Positions 9,393 through 19,530 of a stretch of 64,000 bases of DNA are shown piece by piece. The first letter of the stretch is position 1. Each line of letters begins with the position of its first letter. The translations under genes and the position numbers were made by a program. The notes beneath the pieces are model-generated. The model was not told the origin of the DNA, ran no database searches, and was given only the letters and a program-made list of their open reading frames with translations. Source of the DNA: a virus; IMG/VR virus record IMGVR_UViG_3300027833_000025, positions 1-64,000 of that record; one strand, written 5' to 3'.

Positions 9393-10214
9393 ATGAGCAA
9401 TTACAGCACAAGTTACAATATAAATCAATCTGGTGATCTATACATATTAAAAGATCACGGCACAGCCACAGGTTCATCGCAATACAATAGTACACGTGGT
9501 ACAACGATCAATGCGCCCGTTAATTTCAATCGTCTTAAATTATTTAAGGGACTTGACAATGAGTTGCATTTCTTCATAAAGAATCAAGATCGCAAACCAA
9601 TTTCATTATTTAATATGAATATTAATGCATCATTAGTATACAGGGAATCTAATAGTACGATATTAAGTACAACATGTACAATTACCGATTATGATCTAGG
9701 TAGTGTGAAATTAGTAGTACGTGCATCTCACTTATCAAATATAGATACTGGTCTATGTGATTTAGTATTAACATATACTAATGAACTAGGACTTGTATTG
9801 CCTATGTATGTAGATCAGAATATGCGCCCTAATTTCACAGTAGAGATATCAGATGAAGCACATGCAATACCGTTAACTTCTCAAATCGTAACCGAATTTA
9901 CATCAGAAGGTATATTTGACTATAGTTCAATTATTGTAGGACCTTCTTACTATAATAAACCAAATGGGTTGATTACATTTGGCGTATATTGCACTGACTA
10001 CACAGGTGATTTTTATATGCAGGGAACAACTGCACAGTCACCTGGACCAAGTGATTGGTTTGATTTAGATTTGTCACCATTCGCTGATTATCACGAGTTC
10101 AATAATTTCACTGGTATTGAGCCGTTTTCAGTACAATCTAACTTGTCATATATGAGAGCGAAGATTGATAATACATTTAGTGGTACTGTGGATAAAATCG
10201 TAATAAGAGTGTAA
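9393..10214 (+). CDS. Virion structural protein (baseplate/fibre-like)
   Basis: Late promoter; beta-rich; C-terminal domain paralogous to 46649-47020. Confidence 0.55.
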   Translation: MSNYSTSYNINQSGDLYILKDHGTATGSSQYNSTRGTTINAPVNFNRLKLFKGLDNELHFFIKNQDRKPISLFNMNINASLVYRESNSTILSTTCTITDYDLGSVKLVVRASHLSNIDTGLCDLVLTYTNELGLVLPMYVDQNMRPNFTVEISDEAHAIPLTSQIVTEFTSEGIFDYSSIIVGPSYYNKPNGLITFGVYCTDYTGDFYMQGTTAQSPGPSDWFDLDLSPFADYHEFNNFTGIEPFSVQSNLSYMRAKIDNTFSGTVDKIVIRV

Positions 10215-10221
10215 CATTCTA

Positions 10222-10250
10222 TTGACAAAATCACATTAATCGTGTAGAAT
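10222..10250 (+). promoter_or_regulatory. Sigma70-type promoter of primase
   Basis: TTGACA-17-TAGAAT, ATG 7 nt downstream. Confidence 0.7.
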
Positions 10251-10257
10251 GTATAAC

Positions 10258-11271
10258 ATGAGATTAATAATAGATTTTACAAGAGCGCATATACCACCTA
10301 ACTGGAAGATAAATCCGTCTGGATGGGTTTCTGGTAATTGCCCTGTATGTGCTACTAGGGGTCATTCTCACGACACAAAAGGTCGTGGTGGTTTCTATTT
10401 CCCAGAGCAAGATACCTTTCAATACAATTGCTTCAACTGTAATTTCACAGCAGGCTGGCCCACGCTAGACAATAAAATAGACGACCGTCTGAAAGCATTA
10501 TATACAGCATTTGGTGCAGATTCAAGTGATATTCAACGATTACAATTAAGATTACTTGAAGATCGCGATATTGAGACTATTCTTTTAAAGAAAGTATCAA
10601 ACGATGATGCGGTAGAGATCAATTGGAAACCAGTAGAATTGCCGCAAGGTGCGAAGCCTATATCCGAGTACACCGAGGTAACTCCTGAACTTGAGAGAGT
10701 ATTGGAATACATGGTGTCAAGAGGATTAGATCCTATGGATTCTCGTTTCTATTATTCACCATCTATGTCACCAGCACGAATGAAGAATAGATTTATTCAT
10801 GTATTCTTTTATAAAGGTGTGATAGTAGGATACACTGCACGATGGGTAGGAACAATTACTAAAGAAATACCAAAATATTTCACTAAGCAACCAAAACTAG
10901 ATTTCGTATATGGATTAGATAAGCAATCTAATAAAAAGATTGTGATCGTAACAGAAGGACAACTGGATGCATACTTCACTGATGGAATAGCAGTTGGTTC
11001 AAATAATATAAATATCGAACAAGGAAATATAATCGATAGTTTGAAGAAAAAAATTATATTATTACCCGATGCTGATTCTGCAAGTAAGTCATTAGTAGAT
11101 ACAGCAATCAATCGCGGATGGTACGTATCATTCCCAGAATGGGATGAATGTAAAGACGCAGCAGATGCGGCACTAAAATATGGTGAATTATTCACCATAC
11201 AGACTATACTAGATAGTGCGATACACAATCCACTAAAAATACAAGTAATGATGAATAAATATTGCAAATAG
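10258..11271 (+). CDS. DNA primase (gp61-like)
   Basis: Zn ribbon CPVC...CFNC; TOPRIM VTEGQLDA, PDAD, KDAAD. Confidence 0.9.
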   Translation: MRLIIDFTRAHIPPNWKINPSGWVSGNCPVCATRGHSHDTKGRGGFYFPEQDTFQYNCFNCNFTAGWPTLDNKIDDRLKALYTAFGADSSDIQRLQLRLLEDRDIETILLKKVSNDDAVEINWKPVELPQGAKPISEYTEVTPELERVLEYMVSRGLDPMDSRFYYSPSMSPARMKNRFIHVFFYKGVIVGYTARWVGTITKEIPKYFTKQPKLDFVYGLDKQSNKKIVIVTEGQLDAYFTDGIAVGSNNINIEQGNIIDSLKKKIILLPDADSASKSLVDTAINRGWYVSFPEWDECKDAADAALKYGELFTIQTILDSAIHNPLKIQVMMNKYCK

Positions 11272-11290
11272 CAATTCAGTATGTTATAAT
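11262..11290 (+). promoter_or_regulatory. Sigma70-type promoter of helicase
   Basis: TTGCAA-17-TATAAT. Confidence 0.6.
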
Positions 11291-11318
11291 ACAGCACAAT
11301 AACTAAATGAGAAACTAA

Positions 11319-12713
11319 ATGAGTGAAACAAAAGAATACACTGTAGAATTGCAGCAACTTTTTATTGAGTTCCTAGCACAAGACAAAGATTTATTTCTAC
11401 GAGTGAATAATATTTTAGAAGCGAGTTACTTCGACAGAACACTTAGAAAGGCAGTTCAATTACTACAAGATCATGTAGCATCTTACGGTGCTTTGCCTAC
11501 ACCAGATCAGATAAAAGCACTAACTAATGTAAAGTTGGCTGGTATTGGTGATACAGTTGATGATAGGCATAAGAGTTGGTTTATCGATGAATTTGAAGCA
11601 TTTTGTAAACATAAAGCATTAGAGGCTGCTATACTTAAAAGTGCTGATCTTGTAGAAAAGGGTGAGTTTGGTGAAGTAGAACGCATTATCAAAGAAGCAG
11701 TGCAAGTGGGTCTTGCAAAGCACATGGGTATTAACTATTGGGATGATCCTAAAGAGCGTATTGAAGCGGCGAGACATTCACGAGCAGGAACAAGCACTGG
11801 CTGGAAGTCAGTTGATTACAAATTGTTTGGTGGATTCAACCCAGGCGAGTTGAATATATTTGCAGCAGCATCAGGTGGTGGTAAAAGTTTATTCTTGCAA
11901 AACCTAGCACTTAATTGGTCGTTAATGGGTAAGAATGTTTTATATGTTTCACTAGAATTAAGTGAATCTTTGTCAGGTCTGCGACTTGACGGCATGCTAA
12001 CTGGTATGAATACGAAATCAATATTCAATGATGTAGAAGGTACTGCGTTAAAAGTAGGAATGCAGGGTAAGTCTGCGGGCAAACTACAGATAATTCAAGT
12101 TCCTAACGGTATCACTGCAAATGATTTGACAAGTTATATGCGAGAATTTGAAGTTCAGAATGGTGTGCGCATTGATGCTATGTTAGTTGACTACTTAGAT
12201 TTAATGACTCCTGCTGGACGGAAGATCAATGCGAGTGACTTGTTCATTAAAGACAAATATGTATCTGAAGAATTACGTAACTTTGCAGTAGAAAATGACG
12301 TATTGTTTGCAACTGCGTCACAGTTAAATAGATCAGCAGTTGAAGAAGTAGAATTTGATCATAGTCATATTTCTGGTGGTCTGAGTAAGATTCAAACAGC
12401 AGACAACGTAATTGGTATATTCACAAGTCAAGCGATGCGAGAGCGCGGTAGGTATCAAATTCAATTTATGAAGACACGTAGTTCATCTGGTGTAGGACAA
12501 AAAGTTGATTTAGCGTTTGATATTGAAGGATTGCGTATAACTGACTTGCCTGATGATGAACAAGATACCATAACTAATCAATCTAGTACAATATATGATA
12601 AATTGAAGAAGAAAAACACAATAGTTGATAGTCCGAATGAACCTGCTCCCGAAGCAACTAGTACAGAAGATCAAGCAGCACGTCTACGTAGTATTTTAAG
12701 AAAACAAGATTAA
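11319..12713 (+). CDS. Replicative DnaB-like helicase (gp41-like)
   Basis: ASGGGKS Walker A, SLEL, VDYLDL, ASQLNR, KTR. Confidence 0.92.
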   Translation: MSETKEYTVELQQLFIEFLAQDKDLFLRVNNILEASYFDRTLRKAVQLLQDHVASYGALPTPDQIKALTNVKLAGIGDTVDDRHKSWFIDEFEAFCKHKALEAAILKSADLVEKGEFGEVERIIKEAVQVGLAKHMGINYWDDPKERIEAARHSRAGTSTGWKSVDYKLFGGFNPGELNIFAAASGGGKSLFLQNLALNWSLMGKNVLYVSLELSESLSGLRLDGMLTGMNTKSIFNDVEGTALKVGMQGKSAGKLQIIQVPNGITANDLTSYMREFEVQNGVRIDAMLVDYLDLMTPAGRKINASDLFIKDKYVSEELRNFAVENDVLFATASQLNRSAVEEVEFDHSHISGGLSKIQTADNVIGIFTSQAMRERGRYQIQFMKTRSSSGVGQKVDLAFDIEGLRITDLPDDEQDTITNQSSTIYDKLKKKNTIVDSPNEPAPEATSTEDQAARLRSILRKQD

Positions 12714-12716
12714 AAG

Positions 12717-12724
12717 TATAAATA
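12717..12724 (+). promoter_or_regulatory. T4-type late promoter
   Basis: TATAAATA heading the 12748-15326 operon. Confidence 0.75.
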
Positions 12725-12747
12725 CACATAAGCATGGAGATATCGAC

Positions 12748-12996
12748 GTGAAGAAACGAACCAAATCATTATTGCAAGAAATTAACAATATTGCACCAAA
12801 CAGAGATAACGCACAATTAATAGAAACGCGCGGAGTAAATGTATTGAGTAGTATGATCAATCTTCTTGAAATGATAGAACAGACGTATGATGCTGAGATA
12901 GCGCAAGATTTGCAAAAGCGCATGATCTTGGATCTTAAAAATAGAGAACCTGTTCGTTTTGCACGAGGTGTAAAAAAACTACGAGACAATAAATGA
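12748..12996 (+). CDS. Hypothetical late protein
   Basis: GTG start with GGAG RBS. Confidence 0.7.
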   Translation: MKKRTKSLLQEINNIAPNRDNAQLIETRGVNVLSSMINLLEMIEQTYDAEIAQDLQKRMILDLKNREPVRFARGVKKLRDNK

Positions 12997-14225
12997 AAAT
13001 TTCAGAAATTATTAATATTACAGGAAGAAAGAAGCGCGAAGACAGAGATGCACGAAAACGCAGATTGAAACATGGCGCTGATTTATACGATGTTGATGTA
13101 TCCAAGTTAGGTGAATCAACACTATCAGAAAGTCGCATACAGCATATAGAAGACTTAATATTCTTCCAAGGTAGTAGCGGTGCTATGAGAGCAGTTGCAG
13201 CCCTTCGCAGTATGTCAGGAGATGATCATAAAGCAGTAACGCTTAAATGGGATGGAAGTCCTGCAATGGTATTTGGTCGTGATCAAAACGGTGAGTTTAT
13301 ATTCACAGACAAGTCAGGTTTTGTAGCAGTGAAAACAGATGGTAAAGCAAAGAGTGCTGAACAACTACAAGATATTATGCTTAATCGTAGTGGTGGAATA
13401 AACCGAGAAGACCCAGAGCGTGTAGCATTCGCCAAACAGTTATCAAGTCTGTTTCCTATATATGAAAAAACAGTACCAACAGACTTTAGAGGATTTTTTA
13501 AAGGTGATCTATTATATCAATCAACACCACCCGTTGTTGGAAATAACTATGTTTTCAAGCCACAGATTGTTGATTATGCAGTAGATGTAGAAAGCGACTT
13601 AGGCAAACGCATTGGCGCAAGTAAATCTGGTATTGTAATACATAGAGAAGAAGATGCTAATGGAAAAGAAGGTCCTTTCACGCATATGGAAATGTTTAAC
13701 AACCAAAAAGATGTATTGGTAGTACCAAGTGTGACAACCGAAAAACCTGTTGAAGTTGATACAAGCGCAATTGATCAACTTGAGCAAATAATTAAAAAGA
13801 ATGCGGCGGGCGTAGATGAGTTATTAAATGATAACACACTAACTACGCAGAAAATGAAGGCATTGCCAGAATTATTATACGCATATATGAATAGTAAAGT
13901 AGACACTGGTCTAACTAATTTAGGTGCAGATTTTCCAACTTGGTTAGAGAATAGAAAGCAAGTGTCAGATAAAATGAAAGTCAAAGTATTAGAATATATT
14001 GGTCAACATAAAGTTGCATTCGTTGCATTATGGAATGTAGTAGCAGCAGTTATGGCTACGAAAGACGATATCATTGCTAAATTCGACAGTCAAGGTGGTC
14101 AAGTGAAGCAAAGCATTAATGGTCAACCTGGAGGCGAGGGGTATGTACTTGCTAGTCCTAAAGGTGATATGAAGTTAGTACCAAGAGCAACGTTTAGTGC
14201 AGCAAATAGAGGGGCGGTAAGATAA
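12993..14225 (+). CDS. ATP-dependent ligase-superfamily (RNA-ligase-like) protein with CTS-like leader
   Basis: KWDG (motif I), FKGDLL (III), EGYV (IV), MKLV (V); N-terminus MKISEII. Confidence 0.65.
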   Translation: MKISEIINITGRKKREDRDARKRRLKHGADLYDVDVSKLGESTLSESRIQHIEDLIFFQGSSGAMRAVAALRSMSGDDHKAVTLKWDGSPAMVFGRDQNGEFIFTDKSGFVAVKTDGKAKSAEQLQDIMLNRSGGINREDPERVAFAKQLSSLFPIYEKTVPTDFRGFFKGDLLYQSTPPVVGNNYVFKPQIVDYAVDVESDLGKRIGASKSGIVIHREEDANGKEGPFTHMEMFNNQKDVLVVPSVTTEKPVEVDTSAIDQLEQIIKKNAAGVDELLNDNTLTTQKMKALPELLYAYMNSKVDTGLTNLGADFPTWLENRKQVSDKMKVKVLEYIGQHKVAFVALWNVVAAVMATKDDIIAKFDSQGGQVKQSINGQPGGEGYVLASPKGDMKLVPRATFSAANRGAVR

Positions 14226-14917
14226 TGTCAAATGAATTAGAATTTATGCAAACACTAGGTGAAGCAAGAATGTTCAGAACAAGAGATCAAATTGCAAATA
14301 CAGGAGCAAGAGGTCTAACTGATCATTTGTTCGTTAGTCTTATGAGTTTATATGCAATGAGCAATGATTATAATTATGCACCAGTTGCAAAGGCCTACGC
14401 ACAGCGTGCTACTGCAATGGGAAATTTCAATAGACCAAGTCCCAGCAGTCCTGATTTGTATCAAACAATTTTCAGTATACAGCGTCCAGGCGAAATGTTC
14501 ACTGATGAAAGAGATACTATGTTGATGGGTAAAGTAAAGATTGATACCCCGAAGATAAAGCAATTTTTGCAAAAGATAAAATCTGGTAACATGAGTCCAG
14601 CGGTGGCGCAGCAGTTCTTTTTTAAGTTAGAAAAAGATTTAAAAATTCAAGATCCTAAGTTACGTGCAGCACGTAGACTAACACAGGACTGGACTAAATT
14701 ATCAACACAACAACAGCAATTGGTTACAACTCAATTAATGAGATATTTCAGAATAAACGCTAGACGCAGTGATTTGATGCCACTATATGCAAAGTTTGCA
14801 AAAGACAAGGGTCTTGAGATTAGCGACAAGAAAAAATCAAGTATTGGCAATACATTGGCAAAAGGTGCCGCTGCATTTGCAGTAGGGTATGCCGCTGGTA
14901 AAGCGTTAGAACTCTAA
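14225..14917 (+). CDS. Late protein with C-terminal Gly/Ala-rich hydrophobic tail
   Basis: 230 aa; LGE-A site near N-terminus; tail shared with 36140-36430. Confidence 0.75.
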   Translation: MSNELEFMQTLGEARMFRTRDQIANTGARGLTDHLFVSLMSLYAMSNDYNYAPVAKAYAQRATAMGNFNRPSPSSPDLYQTIFSIQRPGEMFTDERDTMLMGKVKIDTPKIKQFLQKIKSGNMSPAVAQQFFFKLEKDLKIQDPKLRAARRLTQDWTKLSTQQQQLVTTQLMRYFRINARRSDLMPLYAKFAKDKGLEISDKKKSSIGNTLAKGAAAFAVGYAAGKALEL

Positions 14918-14918
14918 C

Positions 14919-15326
14919 ATGAACGCAGAGCATGTATTATACACGCTAGTTGATATCACTGATACTGGCGTTAATAATCCCAAGGGTTCAACTATGGAAT
15001 TTCGTCAAGCCCAGAATTTAAATTCATTGATACAAGTTCTTAGTATGCGCACTCAGCCATTAAATCCAATCGTAACAAAACTTGAAAAAGCGACTATGGA
15101 TGAATATAAATTCGGTTCAAAGTTCAAAGATACGCATTCTGTTTGGAAAATGACATTTACAACAGATATACAAGATGCATATAAATCTGGTGACGAAAAA
15201 TACACGCATTTAATAAATGACTGTAATAATGTACCAGTGCACACCGATTTGTCAGAAACAATTAAATTAAATCCTAGTAGTTTATCTACTCAGAATAAAA
15301 AAATCAAAAACATATATTTTATATAG
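14919..15326 (+). CDS. Hypothetical late protein
   Basis: 135-aa ORF in operon. Confidence 0.7.
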   Translation: MNAEHVLYTLVDITDTGVNNPKGSTMEFRQAQNLNSLIQVLSMRTQPLNPIVTKLEKATMDEYKFGSKFKDTHSVWKMTFTTDIQDAYKSGDEKYTHLINDCNNVPVHTDLSETIKLNPSSLSTQNKKIKNIYFI

Positions 15327-15337
15327 TAGACACTTTG

Positions 15338-15345
15338 CATAAATA
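15338..15345 (+). promoter_or_regulatory. T4-type late promoter
   Basis: CATAAATA. Confidence 0.65.
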
Positions 15346-15418
15346 CTTATAAGAGGCGAAGATCGTCCCAAGAATGAAAATCAGCTCTTTTGAAGACGCG
15401 GTTAGTATGGAATAAATT

Positions 15419-15772
15419 ATGTCAATACGTCAGTCAAGATTAGAGCGTGAAAATCTCGAAGCCCATGTGGATTTATGTGCAGAGAGGTATCGCGTGTTAG
15501 AAGAAAAATTTACTAATTTGGAAGATAGAGTTAATAATTCCAATAAAAGAATAGAAGAAAAAATAGATAATAATAATGAACGATTAGAAAAGAAAATTGA
15601 CCAAATATCAAATGATATGTCTGAAATGGTTGATAGAAATAGACTTGGCAAAGATAACAATATGAGATTGATTGTCGGAGCAGCAGGAACAATTATTATA
15701 GGTTTAGTATCAGTTGTCGTTATGCTGATGATAGATTTACAGTCGATGGGACCTATGGTAGGGATCGGATAA
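15419..15772 (+). CDS. Coiled-coil protein with C-terminal TM helix (holin/XhlA-like topology)
   Basis: Heptad-rich N-half; hydrophobic LIVGAAGTIIIGLVSVVVMLMI. Confidence 0.6.
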   Translation: MSIRQSRLERENLEAHVDLCAERYRVLEEKFTNLEDRVNNSNKRIEEKIDNNNERLEKKIDQISNDMSEMVDRNRLGKDNNMRLIVGAAGTIIIGLVSVVVMLMIDLQSMGPMVGIG

Positions 15773-15775
15773 AAG

Positions 15776-16063
15776 ATGATAATTAATGAAGCATACAATA
15801 CAGTTATTTCCGAATCAAAAGTAGTTTTTGCTAAGAGAGGAAATAAGGTTGTTAAGAAATTTAGATGTACAGTTGGAAAGAGAAAAGGCAGAGTTGTGGC
15901 AAGTCCACAGCAATGCGCAGCACCAATTGATATTAAAAAACGTTTCTTAATGAAAAAAACAAAAGCGTCGAAAGGTGCTAGGATGACAAAGAAAGCGCAA
16001 AAAACAAAGCGAGTCAATCCAACGAGTAAAATCGTAAAACAATTAAATAAGTCGAGAAGATAA
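15776..16063 (+). CDS. Highly basic small protein with CTS-like leader (putative internal head protein)
   Basis: MIINEAYNTVISE then Lys/Arg-rich body. Confidence 0.65.
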   Translation: MIINEAYNTVISESKVVFAKRGNKVVKKFRCTVGKRKGRVVASPQQCAAPIDIKKRFLMKKTKASKGARMTKKAQKTKRVNPTSKIVKQLNKSRR

Positions 16064-16842
16064 TGGAAATCAAGAATAATAGTATTATACATACAGTACG
16101 CGATTTTGCACTTGAGAATTTTGGTGTAGAATTAACCGATGAACAGATTAGTGCAGAACTTAGAGAATTAAATTTTTCTGGTACATTGCAGTTAACTAAT
16201 GCACTAAAGAATGATGATAAAGACTTATTTTCTAAGTATATCACACTAGACCTAGAAGAAGGATACACTATTCTTCCACCAATGGATAGAGAGCGTTATC
16301 AAGAGCGTGAAGGATTAGAAGGTCCATTTCCATTACGTTCTGGTAAAGTAGTATATTATGATCCAAAAGAAGGTATGTATTATGATCCAGATACTGATTA
16401 CTATTTGTCTTATGACGAATATATGCAGTATGACAAAGATGACAGCATGCAAGAGATGCAGTCTCCTGGCGTTGTAGCAGATTTAAAAGATAAGCGTGAT
16501 GAAGAAGATACTGTTGATGAAGCAGCCGACGAAGCATTTGAACCGCATATGATGTACAGCAAAGATGGTAAAGAAGAAAAGTATGCAGACACAGAAGAAT
16601 TACATTTAGAACTAAAAGATAAAGGATGGGGACACGAACTTGAAGAGCGTAGAGTAGCAGGCGCAGCAGGCGGGAACGCAGCATACGGCAGTGACACAGT
16701 CTCTACAGGAAGCACGACATCTACTGATCCTGATGATGTACAACAGAATGCAAATTCAGATGCAGCAGAAAAGAATTCAAATTCAGCCGCTGCTAATGCA
16801 AGTGCTATTGATAGATTAAAGAAACTCGCAGGTCTAAAGTAA
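16063..16842 (+). CDS. Acidic modular head/core protein
   Basis: Modules separated by LEE/VDE; ends IDRLKKLAGLK. Confidence 0.6.
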   Translation: MEIKNNSIIHTVRDFALENFGVELTDEQISAELRELNFSGTLQLTNALKNDDKDLFSKYITLDLEEGYTILPPMDRERYQEREGLEGPFPLRSGKVVYYDPKEGMYYDPDTDYYLSYDEYMQYDKDDSMQEMQSPGVVADLKDKRDEEDTVDEAADEAFEPHMMYSKDGKEEKYADTEELHLELKDKGWGHELEERRVAGAAGGNAAYGSDTVSTGSTTSTDPDDVQQNANSDAAEKNSNSAAANASAIDRLKKLAGLK

Positions 16843-17051
16843 TGAAACTTGTTGAGTGTCCGGGTGGTATTTCAATCATACTATCAAATACAGAATATAA
16901 AGTATATGATAAAATAGTTGAAGAAACATGCAAATCAGATTTTACCGAGCGTGAAGCATTTGTTGCTAAATCATTAGTATCAAAAGGCGTACTTACTAGA
17001 GTGGTTAAGGAAGGCAAGGTATATTTTAAGAGACTTAGAGGCAGTTTATAA
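16842..17051 (+). CDS. Small winged-helix-like protein
   Basis: 69 aa; AKSLVSKGVLTR wHTH-like ending. Confidence 0.5.
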   Translation: MKLVECPGGISIILSNTEYKVYDKIVEETCKSDFTEREAFVAKSLVSKGVLTRVVKEGKVYFKRLRGSL

Positions 17052-17650
17052 TGAATCAAGAATCGCAGGACATGCTTAAAATATTGCAAAATTTAGAAAA
17101 TGCAACAAATAATAAAACAGCACCAGTAGTTGATGCAACTGGAAATCAAGTACCTAGTAATATTAGTCAAGATGCTACAGAAATGTATAATATCTTGGCT
17201 AAGTTACATAAAGTACAAGATGCAACTGATTCAGCAGCAACCAATATTGTAACTGAATCGGAACAATTCGTTGAATCAGTCAATAAGGTAACAGAAAGTG
17301 TAGGTATTGATAAATTTAATATTTTATTAGAAAAGCACAATATATCTGGTTATCTAAAAACCTATTATACAGTAGCAGAAAATGGTATTCGTAGATATGA
17401 AAATTTAGCATTATTTGAGTCAGCAATGGCAATTATAAAGAATGAACTATTCAAGAATGATGCAGTCAAATCCAAAGCTATTATTGAGTATGATTCACGA
17501 TATGCATCTGCACTAGAAGAAGCAGCAGCGCAAAAAAGACGACAGAAGACATTAACTGAAAGTATTGAGTCTGATATCGCAGCCGCAAAGCATAGTGTTG
17601 CAACTGAGAAGATGCACAAGATGAAGATTGCAATAAAAAAGTTATTGTAA
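17051..17650 (+). CDS. Helical late protein (putative prohead core)
   Basis: Multiple VTE-S/LTE-S/LFE-S sites; coiled-coil C-terminus. Confidence 0.55.
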   Translation: MNQESQDMLKILQNLENATNNKTAPVVDATGNQVPSNISQDATEMYNILAKLHKVQDATDSAATNIVTESEQFVESVNKVTESVGIDKFNILLEKHNISGYLKTYYTVAENGIRRYENLALFESAMAIIKNELFKNDAVKSKAIIEYDSRYASALEEAAAQKRRQKTLTESIESDIAAAKHSVATEKMHKMKIAIKKLL

Positions 17651-17705
17651 TCAAACAACTAATACACTTCTTCATTGCAATATTTAAATAGTAATTTAGT
17701 TTTTG

Positions 17706-17713
17706 TATAAATA
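17706..17713 (+). promoter_or_regulatory. T4-type late promoter
   Basis: TATAAATA. Confidence 0.75.
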
Positions 17714-17745
17714 CATTATAATATAATTTTTAATGGAGCCCTAAC

Positions 17746-18543
17746 ATGATTTTACACGATTTGCAAGAAGACAAATTTACCAAGTTAACAAAAGCCTTGA
17801 ATGAAGTTTTTGATATTAAATTCAATTTCAGCATGGAGACAAAAAAACTTGTCAAGATTCAAGAAACAACTAACTCTCGTATTACAGCATTGCGCGAATC
17901 TGGCGTAGATGTTAGTGCGAAAGATTTCCAAAAATTACTTCTAATATCAGAAGGTATCAATATGGTACTGAACGAAGTAGAAAAAACAACTCAGGATACT
18001 AACATGAAATTACAAGAAAATCAAGATTTAGATCAAGCAGAAGTATTGCTTGCTGCTAAACAAATGGCAGACGATTTACAGAAAATGGCTGAAAACTTAG
18101 CAAGTATGCAAGTTGAGGACCTTATGTCTATCACTAATGCTATGAAAGAAGAAGTAGGTACAGCAGAAGCAGAAGCATTCACAATGTCAGCAGAAGCAGC
18201 AATTGGCGCAGCACTAGACGCAGTTAAATCTGCTAATAGTGAAGTTACTGATGCATTATTAGTTGCACAGGGACAGCCTGTTGAAAGCGGTGGATCAATG
18301 GATACATTAGATACTGATGTCAGTGACGAGTTAGGCATGGGCGATGATTTCGCTGATGATGAGTTAGAAATTGGTGATGACTTTGAAGGCGTTGATGCAG
18401 CATCAGGTGCAGAAAATCCAATTGGTCGCGAAATGAAAGAAGATAAGTATCTTTCTGCAATGCGCATGGTTAAAGAAGCACAACAAGACGGAAAAATCAG
18501 CAAAGATTTGCTAAAGCAAGCATTTGCTACGTTGAGAAACTAA
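17746..18543 (+). CDS. Putative prohead scaffold/core protein
   Basis: Acidic, Ala/Glu-rich helices, LxE sites, CTS-like MILHDLQE. Confidence 0.55.
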   Translation: MILHDLQEDKFTKLTKALNEVFDIKFNFSMETKKLVKIQETTNSRITALRESGVDVSAKDFQKLLLISEGINMVLNEVEKTTQDTNMKLQENQDLDQAEVLLAAKQMADDLQKMAENLASMQVEDLMSITNAMKEEVGTAEAEAFTMSAEAAIGAALDAVKSANSEVTDALLVAQGQPVESGGSMDTLDTDVSDELGMGDDFADDELEIGDDFEGVDAASGAENPIGREMKEDKYLSAMRMVKEAQQDGKISKDLLKQAFATLRN

Positions 18544-18544
18544 A

Positions 18545-18862
18545 ATGCGTTTTTCTGAGATTGTCGTTGAAGACACAAGTGATATTAAATCAATTATTAT
18601 TGATATTATTTCAGTGGCAGCAGCAGAAGGTATGTCTAGTTTGAGTATTGATACATTGGCAAAATCTCTTGCAGAAATGGGAAATGAGATAGATCATTCA
18701 ATATTGTTTGATATACTAGATTCTATTCCCATAGTTGATAATATTAAAGATGATGTCATCTTTTTTGGCAGAGATGGAAAATCATCTTCTGAACCAAGTC
18801 GTGATCAACAAGATAAGCGCATAGATAAAATGGCAAGAAAGCAAGTTAAAAAGGACATATAA
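18545..18862 (+). CDS. Hypothetical protein with CTS-like leader
   Basis: MRFSEIVVE. Confidence 0.65.
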   Translation: MRFSEIVVEDTSDIKSIIIDIISVAAAEGMSSLSIDTLAKSLAEMGNEIDHSILFDILDSIPIVDNIKDDVIFFGRDGKSSSEPSRDQQDKRIDKMARKQVKKDI

Positions 18863-18863
18863 C

Positions 18864-19481
18864 ATGAGTGTAGGATTAAACGCATCCCAGGCAAGAGCAA
18901 ACAGCAATCAAGATTTAACTATCTTTAATGAAACTCAAGAAATAATGAAAGCAATTATTGCAGATTCCGTATCGGGACTCTATGAAACAACTGTTTCTGA
19001 TGGTACAGTCATGACAGAATCTACGCCTGATGCAGTTGTGTCGGGAACAGTTACTACTCCCACCATTGTTAATTCTACCACTGTTATCATTGAGGGAGTA
19101 ACTGTTGTATTAGGTACAACTGGAACAAGTCTCAATGCGGTAATCGCTGATATAAATGATGCAGCAATTCCAAATGTTCTTGCATATAAAGAACTTGATC
19201 AACTACGATTAAAGATAACCACATCTGGTACTAATAGTTACCAGTATGTAATTGGTGCTGGTACAGCGAATGCTAGTTTGGGATTAGTAGCAGGAACTTC
19301 AACAGCAACTCTCCCTTCAAGCGTTAGTTACTTTAATACATGGCAAGGAACTGAAACAAATCGTGCAAAATATTCAGATATGGATTCAGTCATGAAGCAC
19401 TTTTCCAATCTTGGTTACAAGATTGAGCGTATCACAAATACTGTAACAAGTAACACATTTTCATGGTACATTTACTGGTAA
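18864..19481 (+). CDS. Virion structural protein
   Basis: Thr/Gly-rich; LNAVIADIN..IP.V.A sheath/flagellin-insert-like segment. Confidence 0.55.
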   Translation: MSVGLNASQARANSNQDLTIFNETQEIMKAIIADSVSGLYETTVSDGTVMTESTPDAVVSGTVTTPTIVNSTTVIIEGVTVVLGTTGTSLNAVIADINDAAIPNVLAYKELDQLRLKITTSGTNSYQYVIGAGTANASLGLVAGTSTATLPSSVSYFNTWQGTETNRAKYSDMDSVMKHFSNLGYKIERITNTVTSNTFSWYIYW

Positions 19482-19495
19482 TTAGTAAATAACAC

Positions 19496-19524
19496 TTGAC
19501 ATAGGGGTATTATAATAGTATAAT
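19496..19524 (+). promoter_or_regulatory. Sigma70-type promoter
   Basis: TTGACA-17-TATAAT, ATG 6 nt downstream. Confidence 0.8.
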
Positions 19525-19530
19525 ATCTTT

